The notes under the pieces: generated by a model
Told to the model about the DNA's origin: nothing
The model's database searches: none
Seen by the model: only the letters and a program-made list of their open reading frames with translations
Virus record (IMG/VR): IMGVR_UViG_3300017917_002918
Location: 64,001 to 128,000 of that record
Direction: 5' to 3' (one strand)
DNA: 64,000 bases
Source: a virus
Part shown: positions 22,093 through 32,353 of the stretch, one piece after another
Layout: each line of letters starts with the position of its first letter
How positions within the stretch are numbered: the stretch's first letter is position 1
Made by a program: the position numbers and the translations under genes

Positions 22093-22176
22093 ATCACATA
22101 GCCACACTTGGTTATATATTAATATTACACTACTTATGTTGAATTGTCAATATAATTATCATAATTTAATTATAAA

Positions 22177-22747
22177 TCACTTATTTTTACCAATTCCCAT
22201 GATTTTACCTGTAATGAACGACATAACAAGCACATACACAGTAACGGCAACCCATGTCGGAAGTATGTACAGTAATTGAGCTACACCCATAATGATTGCT
22301 AGAATTGGTACAGTAACTAACAAACCCATACCTGTTGTTTTGAAAAATGACTTAATTTTATTCATCATATTACTTTTCTCCTTTCGGGTTTAATTTATAA
22401 AACTCTTTAATTTCGTTATATGTACTACCAATTACATTTTTAAAATCATTAACTTCATTAATCGCTTTCTTGAATAGCTTCTCTTTAACTGTCAGGTTAT
22501 AAGCACCAATTGATATTGCTAACCAATCACCATAATATCCAGTCCATTTCCACGTGTTAGTATTTTTATCAAGCAATTCTAATTCCATTTGTGAATCTTT
22601 AACTACAGCTCTAACATAATCATTAAACATTACAATAGTTGACCTAGGTTCAACTTTTTTTCTTTTAACTTCACCATCTTCAGTTATTTCTTCCATATCT
22701 TCAATTTCAACTTGATCTAAATCATCTCTTTCATCATCCATAACCAT
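22177..22747 (-). other. Two hypothetical CDSs (22177-22368 membrane; 22370-22747 with acidic N-terminus)
   Basis: ORF track; RBSs. Confidence 0.55.
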
Positions 22748-22764
22748 ACCTCCATAGTCTTATT

Positions 22765-23340
22765 TTAATTACAGCATTTGCATTTTACGTCAAACAAATC
22801 ATTTACAAATATTTCAGCGGAGTCCTTTAGTTTACTTAAATCTCCGTCGTTTTGAACTATGTAATCATATGCGAAGTCAAACACATTTGCATCTGCTTCG
22901 TTGGTTAAAATCTGTGATATTCTTGAGTTTACCACAAGCACTGTCACAACTTCATCCTCATTGAATTGGTCTTTTAGTTTTTGAATCTCAATTGGTTCAC
23001 GAATATGAACGCATATGATTGACCTATCTGAATTGAGTCTCACCAATCTAAAATCAGATATTCTTTTCATCATATACTTCAATGGTGAATCATAATATTT
23101 TGTTGCTAAGTCCTTTAGCTCAGCTAAGAAACTTCTATCACGCTCATATTTACAACCATTCCACCCTAATATTTTTCCTGCAAACTTCACTTCGTCTACA
23201 CTTGAATAGTTTTCTACATAGCAGACCTCGCCTAGTAGTTTCGAAAATGTATCTTTACCTGTACCACCAGAACCATTAAGTATTACAATTTTTTGCACAT
23301 TATCACATCCTTTACAAGAATAAAATATCCAACCTCTCAA
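22765..23340 (-). CDS. P-loop kinase, dNMP-kinase-like
   Basis: IVILNGSGGTGKDT Walker A; R.FL.ELK; HIREP.E; YDYIVQND. Confidence 0.7.
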   Translation of the reverse strand: MRGWIFYSCKGCDNVQKIVILNGSGGTGKDTFSKLLGEVCYVENYSSVDEVKFAGKILGWNGCKYERDRSFLAELKDLATKYYDSPLKYMMKRISDFRLVRLNSDRSIICVHIREPIEIQKLKDQFNEDEVVTVLVVNSRISQILTNEADANVFDFAYDYIVQNDGDLSKLKDSAEIFVNDLFDVKCKCCN

Positions 23341-23946
23341 TCATTTCATTAATACTTAGTTCCTTGTTCAGTCTTTCCCTGAAGATAGCTCGCAAGCTAT
23401 CACCTTCAGTTCTACTTACTCTTACATCTAACCAACCATCCTTTTGCCTTATTTCAGCGTACTCATCTTTTTCGGTTATTACCCTAATCTTCTTTAACTC
23501 AACTTCTTGAACAATCTCAATTATATGTTTAACACTTACCATTACTATTGTTATACCTCCATAATCATATTTTAATTACTATAACTAATTATAACATAAT
23601 TGCGAATGTTGTCAAGAGAAAATGAAAAAAACAACAACATATTTCAATTATATATTGTTGCTTTTTCGTGATCTCACTCAGAAAACACAATCACGCTTCC
23701 ATTTAATAGTACCAATGTTACAGCATTTAACATATCATCATATTCACACTTTACAATGTCACTAATGATAATACTCATGTCTGCGTAATCCTTCGTACTT
23801 CCAAAATACAGAATCAAATCTTGAACATCATAATAGAAATCTTCCAAAATAATGTTACCCATAATTCCTGTTACTAAGTTCATTGTTACTGATTTTCCTT
23901 TAAGGTTAGACAAACCTTCTGACAAAATCTTCTGATATGTAGTCAT
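23312..23946 (-). other. Two hypothetical CDSs (23312-23542, 23674-23946)
   Basis: ORF track; operator motif directly upstream of each. Confidence 0.5.
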
Positions 23947-24003
23947 AATAACACCTCTTAAATATTATATTTTAATTATATGTAAAGAAAGGCAAAGCCT
24001 TTC

Positions 24004-24948
24004 CTATAGCATCTCTTGTAGTCTCGCCTTAGTCTTCGTCCAGTAACCAGCACTATAGCCAAATCTCTCATTAATTACAATCCAATCTTCCTTGTCTAGC
24101 TCGCCTTTCTCTTCCTTGATTTGTTTAGCCATGTCTAGCATACCTGAGTACCACATTCCTGTAACAGTCCAGTATTGATTTCCCCAATATTGCTTAATTC
24201 TATTCAACCTTGCAGTTATGTTTGTTGCTTTAATTGCTCCTTCACATTGTCTAGCGGCAACTCTCAACACGTAATCTGTTTTTGTTATGACATAATGATT
24301 AGATTTAAGATCTGGTGAATCCTCCCCATTATTCTTATAGTAGAATTCCTCATCTAATGCTCTCCTAATGTAATCTATAGCCAAATCGGACACTATAATC
24401 TTTCTAGTTTCACCATTGTTTTTAGTTAACGTCAATTCATTTGAAATAAATCCTACATCTGACTCTTTTAAGTTGATAATCTCTTCTGCATCTTCACCTT
24501 TAACACCTTCAAATGGCAATATCAAACATAATGCATCCTGTGCATTAACACATGAACCTGCAATTTCTTCTAATTCTGCACGGGTAACGTATTTCTTTCC
24601 CTGTATATTTACATCTACATACTTTAATAAATCTTCATAACCACCTATGCCTTGCAAATAATTAACTTTTGTTTCAATATATCCTTCTTTGTTCGCAAAG
24701 TCTAGGTATATTTTTAACACAGATAATACACTTGCTACAGCCTGAACACTACCATTACAATAACTTTTCAACAAAGAATCTAATTCATTATTGTCCATCT
24801 CATATATGTCTTTATTAAGCATTGATTCTGTTTCATAAGATTTTTGAAGAATGTACTTATAATAAATTTGTGTACTTGCAGAGTAATTTTCCAAAAATCT
24901 ATTTTTAAAATCTTGATTATACAAGACTTGACTTAAATATTTGTTCAT
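24004..24948 (-). CDS. MrpR/YopR-like phage repressor (degenerate tyrosine-recombinase fold)
   Basis: YN..FK.RFL...E..LNKDIYE; NAQD...L.LPFEGV.G...EEI.NLK; lacks the catalytic R and HxxR; lies downstream of a yopQ-like gene as in SPbeta. Confidence 0.72.
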   Translation of the reverse strand: MNKYLSQVLYNQDFKNRFLENYSASTQIYYKYILQKSYETESMLNKDIYEMDNNELDSLLKSYCNGSVQAVASVLSVLKIYLDFANKEGYIETKVNYLQGIGGYEDLLKYVDVNIQGKKYVTRAELEEIAGSCVNAQDALCLILPFEGVKGEDAEEIINLKESDVGFISNELTLTKNNGETRKIIVSDLAIDYIRRALDEEFYYKNNGEDSPDLKSNHYVITKTDYVLRVAARQCEGAIKATNITARLNRIKQYWGNQYWTVTGMWYSGMLDMAKQIKEEKGELDKEDWIVINERFGYSAGYWTKTKARLQEML

Positions 24949-24973
24949 AATTTCAAATCCCTTCTATACTATA

Positions 24974-26260
24974 TTAGTTATTATTAATATTTTCAGATAT
25001 AATATCGACCAATTTTTTCATGCTCTGTTTATTGATACTTTTTATATCACTAATATTAATTTTGCTATTTAACGAATCGTTGTCTAGCAACTCTAATATA
25101 ATATCTTCCCAATTCCCCATTTCATAAGTAGCATATATTAAACAAATATAATATGCCCAAGTAGTTTGTTCTACTGCCACCTTGATCAAATCTTGTTTCA
25201 ACTCTATAATGTGATTCAATCCATCAATGATACGCTTACTATACTTTACAATATCTAGTCTTTCCTTTGGTTCAAAAGTATATTCAATTGCATCAGCTAG
25301 TATATCAAATGCAACAAATGCTTTACCTTTTTTGATCATGAAGTCATCAAACGATACTAAACCTTTGAGGTATGAATTAGAATTCTCATTGATCTTCTTA
25401 ACTATTAAATTTGAAATACTATCTGAGTTCAATGATTTAATATATTTCTTATTCATTTTGTTCTTCTTATCTTCTTGAACAATATACCTTCTTGCCTTAT
25501 CTAAGTCAAAATTTGTGATACTCACACCTGTTCTAAACTCAACATTAGGATTCTCTTGTACAGCATAAATCATGCCTAAACTTCTATGGAATCCATCAAG
25601 AATATTTGTTTCTCCTGCATATATAGTAAGAGTTTTTTCTTTCTCATTATATTCAAATTGTTCCTCGCCACTTTGCATTATGTTAAAAGTGATATAGTTT
25701 GATATAAATTTAGAAGAAAGAATATCTTTCTTTATTTCTTGAATAGATGTCTTATTGATATCTATTTCTTCGATAATCTTGTCTTTATATTCCTTCTTCT
25801 TCAGTGCTCTCTGTGTTTCGGGATTGTATATGATAACTCGTCTACTATATAGTTCAGCTATCTCTTGAGCAGTCATATATGTTACCCACATGTCTGAATT
25901 AATCTTCTCTACATTTTTAAATACAATCGGATATTTTGACTTTCCCTCAATATCAGCCTTCCAATTGTCACCTTCCTTGATTTCAAGTTCTGTAAAGAAC
26001 TTTTCTGGATTGATTCTTTCTTCACTCGTAGCTTCATATAATGATTTTGTAAATATATACAACATAACTTGACTAATTGTATTAATTGGTGTTAGTAACA
26101 TCAAAATCGAATTAGCATCACCAGCTAATAAGTTATGTCCCTTGAATATGTCTGCTACCTTCATTTTAACATGCCTATTCTTTGCATATTCACTAATCAT
26201 TATTGTTAATTCTTTCTCTAATACGTCTCTTTTTGTTCTCATAATTAATATATCCTCCAT
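24974..26260 (-). CDS. YopQ-like DndB/DGQHR-domain (ParB-like fold) protein
   Basis: YNPETQR, ITFN and ILDGFHR motifs; synteny with the mrpR-like gene. Confidence 0.72.
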   Translation of the reverse strand: MEDILIMRTKRDVLEKELTIMISEYAKNRHVKMKVADIFKGHNLLAGDANSILMLLTPINTISQVMLYIFTKSLYEATSEERINPEKFFTELEIKEGDNWKADIEGKSKYPIVFKNVEKINSDMWVTYMTAQEIAELYSRRVIIYNPETQRALKKKEYKDKIIEEIDINKTSIQEIKKDILSSKFISNYITFNIMQSGEEQFEYNEKEKTLTIYAGETNILDGFHRSLGMIYAVQENPNVEFRTGVSITNFDLDKARRYIVQEDKKNKMNKKYIKSLNSDSISNLIVKKINENSNSYLKGLVSFDDFMIKKGKAFVAFDILADAIEYTFEPKERLDIVKYSKRIIDGLNHIIELKQDLIKVAVEQTTWAYYICLIYATYEMGNWEDIILELLDNDSLNSKINISDIKSINKQSMKKLVDIISENINNN

Positions 26261-26402
26261 TATTAAATTTGCATCTATAATTAGTTTATAATATTATTGG
26301 CACTAAGTCAATAATATATGTATAAAAAAGGAAAATTAATTTATGTTCATAGATTTACTAATTGACATATTATCATATGCTCGTATATTGCGTCAAGAAT
26401 AA

Positions 26403-26705
26403 TTAAATCATAGCGTACAATTTAATTAATTTAGTATCCATTCCCTTACGATTTAAGACATAATCATCATGACGTTGTATGTAATCAAATACATCTGACA
26501 AATCATAATACTCTCTGTCCCACATGTGCTGATAATGATATTCTTTTGTGTTTCGTCTTGTATTCTTATGCATTAATTGAAATATATCATCATATATATC
26601 CACTTTCCACGAGTCTAATTTTGAGGACACAAGAACTACGTTTTGTAGCACTTGCACCCTAAAACCATAACTCATTGCTAATGTTACAACATCTGTCTCA
26701 CACAC
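26403..26705 (-). CDS. Hypothetical protein
   Basis: ORF downstream of the mazF-like gene; LMHKN...YHYQ motif. Confidence 0.55.
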   Translation of the reverse strand: MCETDVVTLAMSYGFRVQVLQNVVLVSSKLDSWKVDIYDDIFQLMHKNTRRNTKEYHYQHMWDREYYDLSDVFDYIQRHDDYVLNRKGMDTKLIKLYAMI

Positions 26706-26726
26706 AATATAATAAACACCTGCTTT

Positions 26727-27314
26727 CTATACATATACTAATTCTTTTGTTTTAAAATACTCTTTAGTTTCCTTTATAACTTCTTTATAATCTCTGCCTA
26801 ATTTTGCACAATACTCCATTAATTCTTTCATTAGTAATTGTTTAGCTTTTATTTGTTGATTTAATTGTTTAGCCAATATATCCAACTGCCTAATACTAAG
26901 CATTATTTCCCTGACATATTCAAAATTCAAACTCATAATTTGATTATTGATACCGACTTGAATCATTACTGCATTTTCAAGTTGTGCCATGGTAGTTTCT
27001 GTAACTTCGCCAATTTTAAATTTTAATCTAGATTTGTCTATAGTTTGTGATTGTTCACACAACGCTATTGATTCTGATTTCAAACCCGAATCTAAACCCA
27101 CTAACACATGAGTTGGAACTTTTTTCATTTTATTTATGTTTGATGATAATGGTATCACCGTAATTGTTGGACTATAAGTATTACATTTATTGTTGCTTAA
27201 ACAAATTACTGGTCTTAAACCTTGTTGAATACTGGTTTTTTCTGAACTACTCATATAATTCAAATCTGCAAACCATATTTCACCCCTTTTTATTGTTGTA
27301 ATTGTGCTGCTCAT
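26727..27314 (-). CDS. PemK/MazF-family endoribonuclease with a C-terminal helical extension
   Basis: KRGEIWFADL..Q.GLRPV...SN...N.YSPTITVIPLSS..PTHV...S.ALCEQ..TIDKSRL. Confidence 0.88.
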   Translation of the reverse strand: MSSTITTIKRGEIWFADLNYMSSSEKTSIQQGLRPVICLSNNKCNTYSPTITVIPLSSNINKMKKVPTHVLVGLDSGLKSESIALCEQSQTIDKSRLKFKIGEVTETTMAQLENAVMIQVGINNQIMSLNFEYVREIMLSIRQLDILAKQLNQQIKAKQLLMKELMEYCAKLGRDYKEVIKETKEYFKTKELVYV

Positions 27315-27440
27315 ACTACCAAACTCCCTTCAAATCATCTTATAATTAATTTATTGTTGCTTCTTGAAACTATAATACCACCAAATTATTACAATGTCAA
27401 CAAAAAAGATCATAAATTAATTATAAGATTTTTAATTTTA

Positions 27441-30400
27441 TTAAATTAACTGTTGAAGCTCCTCTCTAACATCGTCATCGAGGATATCTCCGACCATATC
27501 ATTTAATTTAACTAACATCGACTTGAGTTTATTATATGCAATAATTGAATCGTTATACATTAATTTGGCAGATTCAACATCATTTTTTAATTTTATAACT
27601 TCTTGCTGAAGTTGATACATTTCTAAAGTTTTGAAGGGTAGATATGATTGTAATTGCAATTGCAATTGATATATGTGAGATAATAGCTCATGTTCTCTAT
27701 CTGCTGTTATCTGTGGTGATTTATTCTCTAATTCTTCTGACATAGTTACATCACTTCCTGTACTTGATTATTCATTATTTTAATATGTTCTTTGTCATCT
27801 TTCCAAACATATTCGACTCTGTAATCGCATTTGACACACCATCCTAATTTACCATTCGTTGCAATTTGATTCAAGCAATTAGGACATTTTTCGTTTCTGT
27901 ACCAACAAGTATGCAATGTATTGTCCATTACTTTATCACTCCAATTCATACTTTATTTATTCCACGTCTCGGATATTTCACCCGTTGCACCACAATTATT
28001 GCAATAAACAGGGTAGGTTTCCACATCTTTTGCCATGCCTTTTAAATATGTAATTTCACCGAATTTTACTTTTGGACTTTTGCATTTAGGACAATATATG
28101 AGAGTCCCTTCGAATCCAAACCACCAATTACTAATTGCTTTATATATTGATTTCACAGATAATACACCTACGCTTTCACATTTAATTTTGCAAAACTGTT
28201 CTTGCAGTAATCTTTAGCCTTTTTTAATGCTATTTTCCTATCTTTATCACCAATCCCGAAAACTTCGATATGGGAATATCCAGTCCTAACCAAACAAAAC
28301 CAACCATTTTCATTGATAAAATCGTACTGTCTCATAGCTTTATCACCTCATAAATTTCTCATTTTATTATCCTTTTATCTAATAAAAGAAATAATTTATT
28401 GTTATTTCAACCTACCCAATATTGATAATATTGTCCATATACACACTATAGTTCCAGCTAAATAAATGTAAGACGAAATATAATTTTTTCTTAAACTATA
28501 TTTAATGGCAAGTATGCTAAAAATTAATTGTAATATAAATAATATAAATACCATCACTCAACACTCCCATCTTCAATTTTAACATCCCATGATTCTGAGT
28601 CTGTTGAATAAATCACAAATTGTTGCTGAAATTCATCTTCAGGCACTTCTATTACTAACACATCAAGTTTAATACTACGTATTACGGCGTAATCTCTAGG
28701 TAAATATCCCTTGAATTTAAATGATACTTTCATTCCTACTTTTAATATGTCCTCATCCCAAACTAATATAGGTATCATTTTTTGCTTAGTCATTACTCAC
28801 CACGCTCCTTATCCTTCTCTGCCTTACAAAACTCTTCAAAGCTTAGTACATCGGTATCAATCAAATCATCTATACCTCCAGTTAATAAGTCCAACAAATA
28901 TGCATCATACTTGTCTCTCATTACTATAAGATCGCCTCTCTTACTTAGTGTACCTTTTTCTGCTGAATCAATTGTTGTGATTGAGCTTCCATTTACAAAT
29001 TCTATTTTCATACATACTCCTTATAAAATCAGCATTTTACTGTAGTTAATTTGTTCTCTTTTCATAAAATTTAATGATGTTGTATATCATTTTTAAAACA
29101 TTATCGGCTGTTATTTCTTTTTCTGTAGCTTCAAGCACAAGAGACATAATTGTTGTTCTAAAAACATAGTTTTTTTCAAAAAATTCCTTGTAATCATTAT
29201 TAGAATTAATTAATAGCTCAACTTCAGAAGTTTTCATAATTCACATCTCTTTTATATTACTGACTAATTTGTTTTTTACAAGAGATAGTCCGTAAAGATT
29301 CAAATTTTCAAAATCCACAGGTGAACTATCTAGGTACTCAAAATATTTTGCTTCCGCACAGCTAGGAGAACAATAAAATTCAGTCAACCATTTGCTATAC
29401 TCAACTTCCATACCTTTAACCAATACAACTTTACATTGTCCACATAATATATTTTTACTCATATTAATTATTAACCCCCTGTTTTATCTTCTTTTACAGA
29501 ATAATATTATATCAATTTAATATTGAATATTAAACTACCAATAAATTAATTAATTTGGAATTTCACAGAGTCTATTTACTATTTCGTAAAACATATTAAG
29601 ACATTCAGAGCTACAAAATTTTCCATGAGATAATATTTCAACATAGTTAGTTTCATCATCACACATTAAGCATTTGTCATATTTGTCTTTTTTCATTAAC
29701 ATATATATCCCCATATCATTATCTGTAAATTTCAACATTATCACCATCCTTATTATTAAATTATACCTTATAAACCAAGTGTCTTATTTCCTTGTGTGTT
29801 ACAGTGGTTATGATACAGCTTAATTTATAATTAGTTACTACTAAATCTGAAATAATACATTCTTTGGGAATACTAATTCCATAACAATGACCAATTACAG
29901 ATGATCTTTTTATTGCTATTTTATTTTTAATCTCTTCAACATAACTTTCCCAACTCTCCACTTCAATTACTCTTGATTGAAAATCTTGATCATATATATT
30001 TGTTTCAATGACCATAATCATCTAAATCACCATCCTTATAAATTCGTTCTTTTATTACAATTTTAGCTTCTTTAGTTCCTTTATTAATTTGTTTACTTCT
30101 TTGACACAAAATTCTTCTAATCCACCAGCTTCTTCGATCTCATCGCTAGAATCTAATTCAGAATTATATATCTGAATTCCTATGAACTCTATTATAGACA
30201 CAAACCCATCTGTTATTAGATCAAATCTAAATCTACTAAAATTATCTTCTTTTCCAAAAAGTCTTATTTCAAAAAGTCTATCATTTAAATTAGATACCAC
30301 ATCTACTTCATTTATCATTTAAATCACCTCTCGATCAAATCATGTTTTTATTACGTTATTTTGCGAAAGAAATCCCAAGGTAAAGACTTTGTTTTAACTG

Positions 30401-31285
30401 TGGTAGATGGTGGAACTGGTTCAGATTTCTTTGTTTTTTCTTTATTAACAAAATCCAATATCTTCTCAGTTAATTGCATTGCTCCTTCTGTTGTGTGAAA
30501 AACCAAACCTCGCTCATAATTCCTATTATCAAACCCATCATCCTGCCAAGTAAGCTGAGTATAACCTTTATTATCGTCAATGCTTGTAAGATAATAAATA
30601 TCCCCTACTTTGGGCTTTCCGATTTTTCTTACCGTTATAAAGCCTCTGATTAAATCCAGTAAAACATCATCGTTTCTATCGCCATTTTTATCTTCTACTC
30701 CATCTTCGGTCATTTTAAATATTAAATTATCCATAAACTCATTGATTCCAAATAATTCTCCTAATTCTAAATCAAACATTTTGGCTATTTGTTCCATTCT
30801 CTCCATCTAAACCATCTCCTTTTAAGTACTTTTCATAATATTCCTGCTTCTAAATATGCCTTACTTATGTTTTCAGCATTATTAACTATATTAATCATTT
30901 CTTTTGCTCTTAGCTCAATTTCTTCGTTTGACTTACATTGTTCAAGTATTTCTAAAATAATTTTCATAAAATCATGTTTATCCATAACAACAATCTCCTT
31001 TATACCCTCTTCCCGATCTGAATGTCGGAAACATATTTTGCTACCGATCTTAATGTCGGGAGCACACTTACCGATAAAATGAAAGTTTTACAATATTTAC
31101 TTCACATTACTTGAAGCATTAAACTCACGATTCTCATTAACTATTTTCTCCATAATATGTAACAATGCTTGATAATTGCATTTACCACATGACTTATTGC
31201 TACTTCCGAACTCGCATGGTAAACATTGCTCATTAACCACTTGATTAAACAATAAATCCATTTTTTCTTTAATGTTCTTTTCCAT
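27441..31285 (-). other. Second array of small hypothetical genes (about 14 ORFs of 50-150 aa)
   Basis: Co-directional, RBS-led, many Cys-rich; several separated by the junction motif. Confidence 0.6.
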
Positions 31286-31319
31286 AATTCACCTCGTTAT
31301 CATGATTTAATTATATATT

Positions 31320-31431
31320 GAGAGTAGAAGGGATTCGAACCCTCACTATATGCACCTTACCCTACTAACCACCTGTGCATATCGCCCGTGCAGACCCACG
31401 CAACTGCTTTTACCATTTAGCAACTACTCTC
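31320..31431 (-). ncRNA. Atypical tRNA-like RNA (112 nt)
   Basis: Acceptor stem GAGAGTAG/CTACTCTC, D arm GCT-AAATGGTAAA-AGC, T arm GAGGG-TTCGAAT-CCCTT. Anticodon arm is non-canonical, the extra arm is 35 nt, and no CCA is encoded. It has its own promoter. Confidence 0.7.
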
Positions 31432-31449
31432 ATATATAATCATAATTTA

Positions 31450-31477
31450 ATTATAAACTATTTAATTAAAATGTCAA
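31450..31477 (-). promoter_or_regulatory. SigA-type promoter for the tRNA-like RNA and downstream array
   Basis: TTGACA-16bp-TATAAT; operator motif overlaps the -10. Confidence 0.65.
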
Positions 31478-31517
31478 TAGTTTATGCTGTTATTTTTACG
31501 GTTTATCATTATTCCTC

Positions 31518-31814
31518 TCAACCATAGATTGCATTAAATTCACTTTCCCATTGTTGACAGTTAGAAATACCACTACCTTTCACAAATATCTCTAATCCTG
31601 TTAAACCACATATAGTTTTGTCATGCAATATCATATTAATACATGTTGCACATGATTTTGTAGCTTCATTATAGAAACACTTTTCCTCATGCTTTTGTGC
31701 TTCTTTTTCTTTTGCATAAGATTTCTTACAAAAATCACATTTAAATCTAATGATTTGTTTCGGCATTATGAATCTCCTCTCTATTGTTGTATGTATCTCT
31801 GTACTCAGCACCAA
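31518..31814 (-). CDS. Cys-rich hypothetical protein
   Basis: FKCDFC..HE.KC..SCATC. Confidence 0.55.
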   Translation of the reverse strand: MVLSTEIHTTIERRFIMPKQIIRFKCDFCKKSYAKEKEAQKHEEKCFYNEATKSCATCINMILHDKTICGLTGLEIFVKGSGISNCQQWESEFNAIYG

Positions 31815-32331
31815 CCCATATTAAAAACGCAACCATTTTCCATCCATGTTGCTCAATATCTGTAACAAGTAGATCCACCAACTTCCATGTGTCAGGATGC
31901 ATTTTAAACTTATCTTTGTGCCTGTCCCAATATTTCTTAGGATCTGCGTTTGTCCATGGATCTTTATTATACGCTTGACCTGCTGCTTTCCAGTCACAAA
32001 TCAGCTCAATAACATCCCAATATGGCATTTTATGAACCATAATTTCACCACTAACTGGCTCATAATCTATCCAGTGCGTCCAATGGTGGGTATTTCTACC
32101 CTTATGATGCATCCATGCTTTAGAGTAACCATATTTTTCTTTTGCAACATCTACAGGACTCTTGCCTGCAACATAATTTGAAGCATACTCAATAAATTCA
32201 ACTGGATTAAGTTTTGACATATCATGCTTGATACCACGCCACGTTATACCACAGTCTCTACAAGCCAAGAATACATAATACTTATGTCTGCATATTGTCC
32301 AAAAGTGTTTAAAATAGTTTTTAATATTCAT
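31747..32331 (-). CDS. DUF5662-like HD-type metal-dependent hydrolase
   Basis: HK..V, HDMSK, AW.HH...N.HH, ELICDW.AA. Confidence 0.72.
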   Translation of the reverse strand: MNIKNYFKHFWTICRHKYYVFLACRDCGITWRGIKHDMSKLNPVEFIEYASNYVAGKSPVDVAKEKYGYSKAWMHHKGRNTHHWTHWIDYEPVSGEIMVHKMPYWDVIELICDWKAAGQAYNKDPWTNADPKKYWDRHKDKFKMHPDTWKLVDLLVTDIEQHGWKMVAFLIWVGAEYRDTYNNREEIHNAETNH

Positions 32332-32353
32332 TTACACATCCTCCATTCATTTT

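Noticed and set aside
24004-24948. Active integrase, or the recombinase for the cassette sites
   Set aside because: The catalytic Arg and HxxR motif are not recognisable; it fits an MrpR-like repressor better.
24974-26260. Dnd phosphorothioation system
   Set aside because: Only a DGQHR-like domain is present; no dndCDE adjacent, and synteny matches SPbeta yopQ-yopR.
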